DNA of 61,942 nucleotides, the filler included, from Chiloscyllium plagiosum (taxonomy: Eukaryota): assembly GCF_004010195.1 (NCBI RefSeq). It is 4 parts of one record of this genome, joined end to end, with 100 filler letters (N's around TTAATTAATTAA, not from the genome) between each part and the next. Parts side by side here need not be neighbours in the genome. Positions count along the whole stretch, not along the records: positions 36,135 to 58,082 come from NC_057716.1; 3 more parts are not named here. One strand, 5' to 3'. The translations under genes were made by a program, and so were the position numbers. Numbering within the stretch: position 1 is the stretch's first letter; each line of letters opens with the position of its first letter. A model generated the notes under the pieces. It was not told the origin of the DNA. It did no database searches and was given only the letters and a program-made list of their open reading frames with translations. Of this stretch, positions 36,135 through 47,655 are shown in pieces.

Positions 36135-39068
36135 ACCCTTTGACTCCCTCTTCCAAGTCATTAATAAACATTACAAACAGCAGAGGACCCAGAACTGATC
36201 CCTGCGGAACTCCACTTGTAACTGGGTTCCAGGCTGAATATTTACCATCTACCACCACTCTCTGACTTCGACCAGTTAGCCAGTTTTCTATCCAACAGGC
36301 CAAATCTCCCTCTATCTCATGCCTCCTGACTTTCCGCATAAGCCTACCATGGGGAACCTTACCAAATGCCTTACTAAAATCCATGTACACTACATCCACT
36401 GCTCTACCCTCATCCACATGCTTGGTCACCTCCTCAAAGAATTCAATAAGACTTGTAAGGCAAGACCTACCCTTCACAAATCTGTGCTGGCTGTCCCTAA
36501 TCAATCAGTGTCTTTCCAGATACTCATAAATCTGTACCCCTCAGTACCCCTTCCATTACTTTGCCTACCACCGAAGTAAGACTAACTGGCCTGTAATTCC
36601 CGGGCTTATCCCTATTCCCTTTTTTGAACAGGGGCACAACATTCGCCACTCTACAGTCAGGCCCGGGGGACTTGTCTATCCTCAAGTTGTTCAAAATGCC
36701 CAACACATCTTCCTTCCTAACAAGTATCTCTTCTAGCTTACCAGTCCGTTTCACACTCTCCTCTTCAACAATACGGTCCCTCTCGTTTGTAAATACTGAA
36801 GAAAAGTACTCATTCAAGACCTCTCCTATCTCTTCCGACTCAATACACAGTCTCCCACTACTGTCCTTGATCGGACCTACCCTCGTTCTCGTCATTCTCA
36901 TGTTTTCTCATATACGCATAAAAGGCCTTGGGGTTATCCTTGATCCAATCCGCCAAAGATTTTTCATGCCCTCCCTTAGCTCTCCTAATCCCTTTCTTCA
37001 GCTCCCTTCTGGCTATCCTGTATCCCTCCAACGGTCTGTCTGAACCTTGTTTCCTCAACCTTCTGTAAGCCTCCTTCTTCCTCTTTACAAGACATTCAAC
37101 CTTCCTCGTCAACCAAGGGACCCTCACACGACCATCTCTTTCCTGCCTGACAGGTACATACATATCAAGGACACGTCGTATCTGTTCCTTGAAAAAGTTC
37201 CACATTTCAACAACATCCTTCCCTGACAGCCTATACTCCAAATTTATGCTCCTCAGATCTTGTCTTGCAGTATCGTATTTACCCTTCCCCCANNNNNNNN
37301 NNNNNNNNAGTACCAAATCCAATTTGGCCTCCCCTCTGGTCAGACAGTCTACATACTGAGTTAGAAAAGCTTCCTGGACACTGCACAAACACCGCCCCAT
37401 CCAATTTACTTTATCTAAAGAGCTTCCAATCAATATTTGGGATGTTGAAATCGCCCATGACTACTACCCTGTGGCTTCTGCACCTTTCCAAAATCTGTTT
37501 CCCAATCTGTTTCTCCACATCTCTGCTGCTATTGGGGGGCCTAAAGTAAACACCCAACAAGGTGACTGCTCCTTTCCTAGTTCTGTCTTCAGCTCATACT
37601 ACCTCCAAAGGCAGATCCCCCTCGAACTGCCTTTCTGCAGCCGTTGTACCATTTCTAATTAGCAACGCCACCCCCCCCTCCTTTTTTACTATCTTCCCTA
37701 ATCTTACTGAAACATCTGTAACCAGGAAGCTCCAACAACCATTCCTGTCCCTCTTCTATCCACGTTTCCGTGATGGCCACAACATCGTAGTCCCAAGTAC
37801 CGATCCACGCCTTAAGTTTACCCACCTTATTTCTGATACTCCTTGCGTTGAAGTGTGCACACTTGAACCCATCTCTGTGTCTGCAAGTATTCCCTGTCAG
37901 TGCTACCTTCCCCACAGCCTCCCTACATTCTTGGACATCCTGACAAACAGCTAACCTACTTGCTGGACTGCAAGTCCAGATCCCATCCCCCTGCCAAATT
38001 AGTTTAAACCCCCCGCGAAGAGTGCTAGCAAACCTACCTCCCAGGATATTGGTGCCCTTCTGGTTCAGGTGCAACCCATCCTGCTTGTACAGGTCCCATC
38101 TTCCCCAGAATGCAGTCCAATTGTCCAAATACCTGAAGCCCTCCCTCCTACACCATCCTTGCAGCCACGTGTTCAACTGCACTCTCTCCCTATTCCTTGC
38201 CTCACTGTCAGGTGGCACCGGCAACAACCCAGACTTGACGACTCTGTCCGTCCTAGCTTTTAGCTTCCAGCCCAACTCCCTGAGCTCCTGAATGACCTCC
38301 CCACCCCTCTTCCTAACCTATGTTGTTGGTGCCAACATGCACTCTGGCACCCGGGATGCAACAAACCATCCGAGAGTCTCGCCCATGTCCACAGAACCGC
38401 CTGTCCGTCCCTCTAACTATAGAGTCTCCTATAACTAGCGCTCTCCTCCTCTCCCCCTTTCCCTTCTGAGCCTCAGAGCTGGACCTCATGCCAGAGACCA
38501 GGTCACTGCAGCTTACCCCTGCTAGGACTTCCCCCCCAACAGTATCCAAAGCGGTATACTTATTGTTGAGGGGAACGACCACAGGGGATCCCTGCATTGC
38601 CTGCTTCCTCCCCTTCCCACCTCTAACTGTTACCCAGCTACCTCTGTTCTCTGGCGTAACTATGTCCCTGTAGCTTCTATCTATCACCCTCTCAGCCTCT
38701 CAAATAATCCTCAGTTCATCCAACTCCAGCTCCAGTTCCCTAACGCGTTCTGTGAGGAGCAGGAGCTGACTGCATTTCCTGCAGATGAAGTCGGCAGGAG
38801 CATCGGTGGTCACCCCTACCTCAAACATCCTGCAGGAGGAACATTCCACTGCCTGCACTGCCAGTCCTCTACACTTAGTTTCCAAAAACAAGAACACTGA
38901 GCAGCTTTCCTGTGGACTTTAAAGTTAGGTTAGAGGAGGAGGATGGGAGGGAGGCCTACTTTGTAGGGCCTGGGGTCTAGAACACACCCACTCAAATATC
39001 AATCACTTACCTTCCTGACCAGCTCTGCGCTTCAACTTCACTTCCGCCCAGCTCTGCCGCTCTCTAAC
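36135..39068 (-). mobile_element. CR1 LINE 5' three-quarters: 5' UTR, ORF1 (CxxC zinc finger, coiled coil, SGNH esterase), ORF2 APE and RT
   Basis: [78 protein letters not shown]. Confidence 0.93.
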
Positions 39069-39619
39069 TTGAGCAGACTTGATTACCTCATTTCTGCTCC
39101 TATGTCTTATGGTCTAATAGAGATTTTCCTATCACCTGAGATGTATAATTTGTTTTACAGAACTTCAGTACATTTTTATCAAGTCCTGTACAAAAAGATC
39201 TGGGTGTTCTTGTACACCAGTCACTTGATGGAGTTTAGAAGATTGAGGAAGATCTAATTGAAACTAATAGAATACTGAAAGGCCTGGATAGAGTGGACAT
39301 TGGGAAGACATTTCCATTAGCAATGGAGACTAAGACCCGAGAGCACAACCTTAGAGTAAAGAGAAAACCCTTTAGAACGGAGACGCGGAGAAACGTCTTC
39401 AACCAGAGAATGATGAATCCATGGGATTCATTGCCACAGAAGGCTGTTAAAGCCAGGTCAGAGTATATTTAAGACAGAGAGATAGGTTCTTTACTGTTAA
39501 GGAGATCAAAGGTTACAAGGACAAGGTGGGAGAATGGGGTTAAAGAGACTTATCAGCCATGAATGAATGGTGGAGCAGACTTGATTACCTCATTTCTGCT
39601 CCTATGTCTTATGGTCTAA

Positions 39620-39757
39620 TGGAGATTTTCCTATCACCTGAGATGTATAATTTGTTTTACAGAACTTCAGTACATTTTTATCAAGTCCTGAACATGCAAA
39701 ATACCTATTTATTGATGCGTGTGCTTTTTCAAAATCTCAAATGTCCTCCCTGCAGGA
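39620..39757 (-). mobile_element. Gypsy integrase H2C2 remnant
   Basis: AGGHL...ASINRYFACSGLDKNVLKFCKTNYTSQVIGK, compared with GH.G..KT..RI..HF.WPGL..DV..FC.TC..CQ..GK. Confidence 0.55.
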
Positions 39758-39904
39758 AATAGAACATAGAACAGCACAGCACAGTACAGGCCCTTCAGCC
39801 CACGATATTGTGCTGAACATTTACCTTAATCTAAGATCAACCTAACCTACACACTTCTCAATTTACTGCCGTACATGCGTTTGTCCAGCAGTTGCTTAAA
39901 TGTC

Positions 39905-40120
39905 AAGAGTGTGTTGCTGGAAAAGCACAGCTGGTCAGGCAGCATCCGATGAGCAGGAAAATCAGCGTTTTGGGCAAAATCCATTAATCAGGAATGATGA
40001 AGGGCTTTTGTCCGAAACATCGATTTTCCTGCTCTTCGGGTGCTGCCTGACCTGCTGTGCTTTTCCAGCAACACGCTCTTGACTCTAATCTCCAGGCATC
40101 TGCAGTACTCACTTTCGCCT
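39905..40120. mobile_element. Fold-back PLE-derived mini-element with degenerate hammerheads and a 15-bp TSD
   Basis: Arms inverted around ~39993; TSD agttgcttaaatgtc 39890-39904 / agtcgcttaaatgtc 40121-40135. Confidence 0.88.
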
Positions 40121-41101
40121 AGTCGCTTAAATGTCCCTAATGTCTCTGACTCTACGACTACCGCTGGCAGCGCATTCCCTGCACCCACCACTCTCTACAT
40201 TAAGAACCTATCTCTGACATCGCCCCTACACCTTCCTCCAATCACCTTAAAATTATGACCCCTCATGCCTGCCATTTCTGCCCTGGGGAAAATTCTCTGG
40301 CTATCTACCCTATCTATGCCTCACATTATCTTGTACATCTCTATTAAGTCACATCTCTTCCTTCTTCTCTCCAGTGCGAAAAGCCCTAGCTCACTCAAAC
40401 TTTTTTCATAAGACAAGCCCTCCAATTCAGGCAGCATCCTGGTAAATCTACTTTGCACCTTTTTTAAGCATTTACATCCTTCCTATAATGAGGCGACCAG
40501 AACTGGACACAATATTCTAAGTGTGGTCTAACCAGGGTTTTGCTGCAGAAAAACCACACAGCTCTTAAACTCAATTCCCCCTGTTAATGAAAGCCAAAAC
40601 ACCATATGCCTTCTTAACAACCCTATCAACTTTGAGGGATCTATGTACGTGGACCCCTAGATCCCACTGTTCCTCCATACTGCCAAGAATCCTGTCTTTA
40701 ACCCTGTACTCTGCTTTCAAATTCGACCTTCCAAAATGAATCACTTCACATTTATCCAGGTTGAACTCCATCTGCCACTTCTTAGCCCAGCTCTGTATCC
40801 TGTCAATATCTTGTAACCTGCAACAGATACTATCTACAACACAACCCACCCTTCCACTTCTTCATCCAAGTCATTTATAAAAACTACAAAGAGCAGAGGC
40901 CCAAGAACAGATCCCTGCAGGACACCACTGGTCACTAACCTCCAGGCGGAAAACTTTCCATCCACTACCACTTGCTATCTTCTTTCGGCCAGCCACTTCT
41001 GTATGCAGACAGCCAAATTTCCCTGTATCCATACCTCCCTTCTTTCTGAATGACCCTACCATGGGGAACCTTATCAAATGCCTCACTGATATCCACATAC
41101 A

Positions 41102-41292
41102 GGAGAAAGTGAGGTCTGCAGATGCTGGAGATCAGAGCTGAAAATGTGTTGCTGGAAAAGCGCAGCAGGTCAGGCAGCATCCAGGGAACAGGAGAATCGA
41201 CGTTTCGGGCATAAGCCCTTCATTCCTGAAGAAGGGCTTATGCCCGAAACGTCGATTTTCCTGTTCCCTGGATGCTGCCTGACCTGCTGCGC
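41102..41292. mobile_element. Fold-back PLE-derived mini-element with a 14-bp TSD
   Basis: Arms inverted around 41221-41230; exact TSD gatatccacataca 41088-41101 / 41293-41306. Confidence 0.92.
41222..41257 (+). ncRNA. Minimal hammerhead ribozyme motif, core intact
   Basis: attc-CTGAAGA-A-GGGC-ttat-GCCC-GAAA-CGTC-gatt. Confidence 0.78.
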
Positions 41293-42542
41293 GATATCCA
41301 CATACACCACATCCACTGCTCAACCTTCGTCAGCATTTCTTGTCACACCCTCAAAGAACTCAATAAGGCTTGTGAGGCATGACTTGCCCCTCACAAAGCT
41401 GACTATCTTTAATCAAACTATGTTTTCCAAATATTAGAACATAGAACATAGAACAATACAGCGCAGAACAGGCCCTTTGGCCCTCGATGTTGCGCTGACC
41501 TGCAAACTATTCTCAGTTTGTCCTCCTACATTATCCCAAAATCATCCATGTGCTTATCTAAAGATTGTTTAAATTTCCCTAATGTGGTTGAGTTGACTAC
41601 ATTAGCAGGTAGGGCATTCCATGCCATTACCACTCTCTGTGTAAAGAACTTGCCTCTGACATCTGTCTTAAATCTATCAATCACCCCTCAATTCGTACAA
41701 GCTGACATCATCATCCTAGGAAAAAGATTTTCACTGTCTACCCTATCTAATCCTCTGATCATCTTGTATGTCTCTATCAAATCCCCCCTTAGCCTTCTTC
41801 TTTCCAATGAGAACAGACCCAAGTCTCTCAGCCTTTCCTCATAAGATCTTCCCACCAGACCAGGCAACATCCTGGTAAATCTCCTCTGCACCTTTTCCAA
41901 TGTTTCCACATCCTTCCTGTAATGGGGCGACCAGAAATGTACATAATATTCCAAATGTGGGCGCACCAGCGTTTTGTATAGTTGCAGCATGATATTGCGG
42001 TTCCGAAACTCAATCCCTCTACCAATGAAACCTAACACACCGTATGCCTTCCTAACAGCACTATCAACCTGGGTGGCAACTTTCAGGGATCTATGTACAT
42101 GGACACCAAGATCCCTCTGCACATCCACACTACCAACAATCTTTCCACTGACCCAGTACTCTGCCTTCCTGTTATTCTTCCCAAAGTGCATCACCTCACA
42201 TTTAGCTGCATTGAACTCCATTTGCCACCTCTCAGCCCAATTCCGTTGAAGGTGTTCGCCCCCCGTGTTCTCTGTCTGTGCCATGATGTTTAGATTGATT
42301 CTAATCTAAAAAGTGAGATAACAGAATTTTACATGAATTCATGCAGTTTTTGGGCAAAGTACAATGTAACTCTGCAAGTACAAATTCACCCCACAAACTT
42401 ATGTGTATGTGTGCATGTGGGTCTTTGTGTGTGTGGGTTGGGGGGGTTGTGAATGTGAGAGAGAGTGTATATATGTGTGTATGTGAGTGTACAGTCTCCT
42501 AAATCTGTGACAGGGTGCATGTGTGAGTGTGTGTTTGTGTGT

Positions 42543-42675
42543 CTCATTCCTGAAGAAGGGCCTGTGCCCGAAACGTCGAATCTCCTGTTCCCTGGATGCT
42601 GCCTGACCTGCTGTGCTGTTCCAGCAATAAAGTTTCAACTTTGATCTCCAGCATCTGCAGACCTCACTTTCTCCT
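42543..42675 (+). mobile_element. Solo PLE terminal unit inserted in a GT microsatellite
   Basis: Starts 7 nt before the hammerhead core, ends catctgcagacctcactttctcc; tgtgtttgtgtgt on both sides. Confidence 0.88.
42546..42581 (+). ncRNA. Minimal hammerhead ribozyme, best-preserved copy
   Basis: ATTC-CTGAAGA-A-GGGC-ctgt-GCCC-GAAA-CGTC-GAAT; stem I and stem II are perfect; predicted cleavage after 42577. Confidence 0.82.
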
Positions 42676-43532
42676 GTGTTTGTGTGTGTCTGGGGTAGGT
42701 GGTTGTGAGTGTCTGTGAGAGAGAGTGTATATGTGTGTGCGTGAGTGTAGAGTGCTCTAAGTTTCTGAGAAGATGCATGTGTGAGTATGAGTGTCTGTGT
42801 GCATGTCTGTGTATATGTGTATCCGTGTATATGTGTGTGTGTGTGTGTGTGTGTAGGAGTGTCTGTGTGTGTATAGTGCAATGGTGGTCACCTATAGTGT
42901 AACATGAACCCAAGGTCCCAGTTGAGGCCCTCCCTATGGGTATGAAACTTAGCTATCAGCCTCTGCTCGGCCACTTTTCGCTGCTGCCTGTCCCGAAGTC
43001 CGCCTTGGAGGATGGTCTCCCGAAGGTCCGAGGTCGAATGTCCTGGACACTCTACACTCACATACACATACATATACACTCTCTCTCACATTCACAATCC
43101 CCCAACCCAGACAGACAGATAGACACACACAAAGACCCACATGCACACATATACATAAATGTGTGTGGGGTGAATTTGTACCTGCAAGTTACATTGTACT
43201 TTGCTCAAAAACTGCATGAATTTATGTAAAACTCTGTTATGTCACTTTTTTAGATTAGAATCAATCTAAACATCATGGCACAGACAGAAAACACAGGGGG
43301 CTAACACCTTCAACATATTATCTAGCTAACACCAATTGTTACAGTTAACCTGAGAATGCAACTTCTAAAAAAAAGTTTTGTGATTTACACATGAAAGAAG
43401 TGAAACTATCATGGTATTCGAACAGAGGAAAGACTCAACAGACAATCAAAGTATTTTTCAATGTATAATTTCAGTTACATCACACTGTAAACTTTTGCTA
43501 TAAACGCTGTGCCTTACACTTGTGTCCTCCAC

Positions 43533-43574
43533 AACCACCTGGTGAAGGAGCGGTGCTCCGAAAGCTTTGTGGTT
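43533..43574 (+). ncRNA. Hammerhead ribozyme motif with mutated core (CTGGTGA)
   Basis: AACCAC-CTGGTGA-a-GGAGC-ggt-GCTCC-GAAA-gcttt-GTGGTT. Confidence 0.65.
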
Positions 43575-44501
43575 CCAATTAAATCTGTTGGACTATAATC
43601 TGGTGTTGTGTGATTTTTAACTTTCACTCCTTCTAGAATTGATAACACCTGTTCATAACTAACCTTTCTAGTCTAATATCTCGCACATCATTCTTCTCTT
43701 CTACAATATTCTCCTTTTCCTGAGTGAAAACTGATGAGAAATGCTCGTTTAGCACCTCTACGATCTCCACAGGGTCCACACTCAACTTCCCACTTCTGTC
43801 TTTGACTGGCCCTATTCCTACCCTAGTCATCCTTTTATTCCTTAAAGACCTATAGAAAGCTTTAGGGATCTCCTTTATTCTATTTGCTATAGATTGCTCG
43901 TGTCCTCTTTGTGCTCTTCTTAACTCTCTCTTTAAATCCTTCCTAGTTGATCTGTAACTCTCCATCGCCTCATCTGAACCATCTCGTCTCATCAACACAT
44001 AAGCCTCCTTCTTCTGCTTAACAAGAAATTTCTGTCGTAAACCACGGTTCCTTACCGTATCACTTCCTCTCTGCCTGACAGGGACATACCTATCAAGGAG
44101 ATGCAATAAGTGTTCCTTAACCCAGTTCCACATTTCCATTGTCTGCATCCCCTGCATTTTGCTACCCTATTCTATGCATCCTAATTCTTGTCTAATCGCA
44201 TTATAATTGCCGTTGCCCCATCAATAACTCTTGACCTGTGGCATGTACCTATCCTTTTCCATTGCTAAACTAAACGTAATTGAATTATAGAACATCATAG
44301 AACATAGAACAATACAGTGCAGAACAGGGCCGAAGATGTTGCGCCAACCTGTGAACTATTCTCAGCTCGTCCCCCCATCATCATCCATGGTCACTCCTTC
44401 AAAAGTGCCCACCTACAACTAAATCAAACACCAGGCCTGGTTCATTACCAAGCACCAGATCCAGTGTGGCCTCCCCTCTTGTCGGCCCTTCGACATACTG
44501 C

Positions 44502-44628
44502 GGTAAAAACAAGGACTGCAGATGCTGGAAACCAGAGTCTAGATTAGAGTGGTGCTGGAAAAGCACAGCAGGTCAGGCAGCATGCGAGGAACAGGAAAAT
44601 TGACGTTTCGGGCAAAAGCCCTTCATCA
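44502..44628 (-). mobile_element. Solo PLE terminal unit truncated inside the hammerhead core
   Basis: Minus strand (g)TGATGA-a-GGGC-tttt-GCCC-GAAA-CGTC-aatt...catctgcagtccttgtttttacc. Confidence 0.85.
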
Positions 44629-45524
44629 CTAAGTTCATCACTCCTATTCGTGACACTCCTTGCATTGAAACAGACACACTTTAACCATCCCTTTGCCCTA
44701 TCAACTGTGTATCCTTCCTGACAGACTCTCTGTATTCTATTTCTGCCCATTCAACAACTACCTTTTTCTCTGATTTGTAGCTCTAGTTCCCATCCCCCTA
44801 CCAAACTTGTTTCAATCCTTCCGAAGTGCACTATCAAATCTCCCATCCAGGACACTGGTGCCCCTCCAATTTAAATGCAACCCGCCCTTTATGTACAGGT
44901 CCCACCTTCCCCAGAAGGTACCCCAATGATCTATGTATCTCAAGACCTCTCTCCTGCAACAACCCTTTACCCACATGTTCAGCTGCACTCGCCCCCTTAT
45001 TCCTTGCCTCACTAGAGTAGTAATCCTGAGATTACTACTCCACTCATCCTGCTTTTAAGCTTCCAACCTAACTCTCTGAAATCACTTTTTAAGATCCTTG
45101 TCCCTTTTCCTGGCTATGTGATTGATGCCAATGTGCACCACAACCTCTGGCTGCGCACCCTCCCTCTGCAGAATCTTGTGGACTCAATCAGAGACATCCT
45201 GGACTCTGGCACTTGGGAGGCAACAAACCATCCGGGAATGCATTCGCGACCAGAAAAATCACCTGTTCATTCCTCTAACTACTAAGTCTCCTATCACTAG
45301 CGCTTTTCTATTCTCTCCCCTTCCCTTCTGAGCTACAGAGCCAGGCTCAGTGCCAGTGACCTGGTCACTATGGTTTTCCCCTGGTAGGTCATCCCCCGCA
45401 ACAGTATCCGAAACGGTATACTTATTACTGAGGGGAACGGTCACTGGGGACACCTGCACTGCCTGCTTGTTCCCTTTCCATCCTCTGACTGTAACCCAAC
45501 CTTTTTCCTGTACTTGAGGTGAGA

Positions 45525-45686
45525 CTACCTCCCTGTAACTCCACTCTCTTACACCCTCCGCCTTCCTACCTCCCTGTAACTCCACTCTCTTACACTCTCC
45601 GCCTTCCTACCTCCCTGTAACTCCACTCTCTTACACCCTCCGCCTTCCTACCTCCCTGTAACTCCACTCTCTTACACCCTCCGCCT
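45525..45686. repeat. 41-bp tandem repeat, 4 copies, derived from CR1 ORF1
   Basis: Unit ctacctccctgtaactccactctcttacaccctccgccttc starts at 45525, 45566, 45607 and 45648. Confidence 0.92.
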
Positions 45687-46008
45687 CCCAAATGATCCGA
45701 AGTTCGGTCGTAAATCTCTGAAGCTTTTACAAATCGGTGTCCTTTGGACTTGAGGAAGGGGAATGGGTTTATTTAAAGTCTCTGACATCACGGGTACAGG
45801 GAGAGGGTTGAGTAAATCTGACACCCTCCGCCTTCCTACCTCCCTGTAACTCCACTCTCTTACGCCCTCCGCCTCCCAAATGATCCGAAGTTCGGTCGTA
45901 AATCTCTGAAGCTTTTACAAGTCGGTGTCCTTTGGACTTGAGGAAGGGGAATGGGTTTATTTAAAGTCTCTGACATCACGGGTACAGGGAGAGGATTGAG
46001 TAAATCTG
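45633..46008. repeat. 188-bp tandem duplication
   Basis: 45633-45820 vs 45821-46008, with few mismatches. Confidence 0.9.
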
Positions 46009-46369
46009 TGAATGTAGATAGAGAGGGGAGAGTTTGACCTTTAGTATTTTGTAAGTGATTTGGGAATTTGGAAACAATCCCCCAGGAATGGATTCAGGAG
46101 GGAGGCTGGGGTTGGGATGGATACAAGGGAGTGACTGGAAATGTTTGATTCATGACTGATTTTATATGAAGAGGCAAGTACAAGAATGTAATGGTGGGGA
46201 GTGGGAGTCAGAGTGGGGGTGATGGTGGGGGGGCAGGGGTAAGAGAATAAGAAGGGGGGGTTCCTAACTAGCTGGGAATGGCCAGAAATTGCCCGTGCTG
46301 GCTGACTCAGCCAATTGTGTAGGTGTGTTTAGCTCATGTTGATGAGTTATTCATAGCTCATACAGAATT

Positions 46370-46657
46370 CATAGGATCATGGAATCCCTACAGTGTGGGC
46401 CATTCAGCCCATCGGGTCCACAATAACCCTCCGAAGAGCATTCCACAGAGATCCACCCCCTACCCTAGCTCTGTATCCCTGCATTTCCATGGCTAACCCA
46501 CCCAGCCTGCACATCCCTGAACACTAGGGGGTAATTTAGCATGGCCAATTAACCCGACCTGCACATCTTTGAACTGTGGGAGGAAACTGGAGCACCCGGA
46601 GGAAACCCACGCAGACACGGGGAGAACGTGCAAACTCCACACAGTCAGTCACCCGAG
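46370..46657 (-). mobile_element. HE1/V-SINE lacking the tRNA head
   Basis: ctgtgggaggaaactggagcacccggaggaaacccacgcagacacggggagaacgtgcaaactccacacag. Confidence 0.88.
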
Positions 46658-46989
46658 CCCATTCAATCTGCTCTACCATTCAATAGCCATCATGGCTGCT
46701 GATCCAATACATGCCCTTTCTCCCCCACACTATCCCCTGATCCCTCTGTCATTGGGATTTTGAAATCTGTCAATCTTTGGGTGACTCTATCTTGTGCATC
46801 GTTGAGTTCACACTCCCATTCACCAGAGGTTCGTTCTATTTTCAGGCTATACTTTTGCACTTGTTGATATTTAGAAAATTAAAGACAAGATATTTGCAAG
46901 AGGAAAAGACAAAGTCAGGATTGAGGGTCTGTGGAGTTCAGAGTGACATCTGTGACTCCAGTCCCCCAAACCAACAGCCCAGGTTAAAG

Positions 46990-47510
46990 CAGTCTGTTCA
47001 CTATCTGGGTGCAATATCCAAACCCGAGATGAGTTTCTGTTCTCACCGGTCTCTAAGATCATCTCTTCCACCTCGGTGACATCACCAGCCTCCCATCCTC
47101 CAAACCTCTGTTACCTCCAGACTTGGCTCCTCCACCATTCTCTGGCTAGTCTCCTCTCCCACATCTGAACTCCCACCAAAGCTCCTCTGCTCACTGGCTC
47201 ATTGAAGATCAAGTAACATTTGATTTTTAAAACCCTCATTGTTGTTTTTAAACCCTACCATGACCTCCCCGCTCTGTCCCTGTAACCCTCTCCAGATGCT
47301 ATGCCCTTCCGCCATCTCTCTGCTCCTCTCATTCCACATATTGCTCCACCATTGGGCTCCAGGCTCTGCAATTCCCTCCTAAATGTGTTCATCATTCTTT
47401 CCTCCTGAAAACTTCCTGCTTAGACTGAGCTATGGTGGACCTGTCACTATAGCTCCTGTGATAGTGTCCCATTTTGACACTTTGGAGTGTTCTACCCCAT
47501 TAAAGGGCTT
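46990..47510 (+). mobile_element. Old L2-type LINE 3' fragment
   Basis: Degenerate FHL.DI, VTSRL, HWL, FK.LIVVFK..HDL motifs of the L2 ORF2 C-terminus. Confidence 0.55.
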
Positions 47511-47589
47511 TTTCGGAACAGAGGAAGTGACCAAAACTCCTCGAGTGTATTGAGTGACTGGATCACTGATTGTTATCTAATTATTCAAA

Positions 47590-47655
47590 GTTTGTGCGAA
47601 GATTTGTAGCTCGGGTGCTCGTTGTTGTGGTTCTGTTCGCCGAGCTGGAAGTTAT
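47590..47655 (-). mobile_element. Short PLE terminal-repeat fragment (Poseidon-like)
   Basis: gaagatttgtagctcgggtgctcgttgttgtggttctgttcgccgagctggaagtt resembles the reverse complement of 31640-31672. Confidence 0.5.

Larger units (their letters stand above)
39758..42244 (-). mobile_element. Two CR1 3' segments with (CTATGTT)n tails
   Basis: Tails tagaacatagaaca at 39759 and 41434; WAERWQMEFNAAKC...RPHLEY..RRLRGDLIETYK. Confidence 0.9.
42245..43624. mobile_element. 5'-inverted PLE (Neptune-like) with CA-rich 3' UTR and terminal hammerhead
   Basis: GIY-YIG C-terminus HSTSDLRETILQGGLRDRQQRKVAEQRLIAKFHTHREGLNWDLGFMLHYR on - (42888-43047); 42245-42495 is an inverted copy of 43052-43313; hammerhead at 43533-43574. 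Confidence 0.82.
43625..45705 (-). mobile_element. CR1 ORF1 and ORF2 5' part
   Basis: ALVIGDLVVRG; GGLHLNWRGT; LKCVCFNARSVTN; KAFYRSLRNKRMTRVGIGP; LNEHFSSVFT. Confidence 0.88.

Noticed and set aside
39651..39760. Plus-strand exon after tttgttttacAG (NFSTFLSSPEHAKY...)
   Set aside because: The opposite strand matches a Gypsy integrase zinc finger, and no donor site is present.
41132..41437. Recurrent peptide MCCWKSAAGQAAS..QENRRFGH in many small ORFs
   Set aside because: It is the antisense translation of the non-coding PLE terminal unit; frames and ends vary between copies.
46857..46930. Possible small exon after ttttcAG
   Set aside because: It is short, has no convincing donor and gives an unrecognised peptide.
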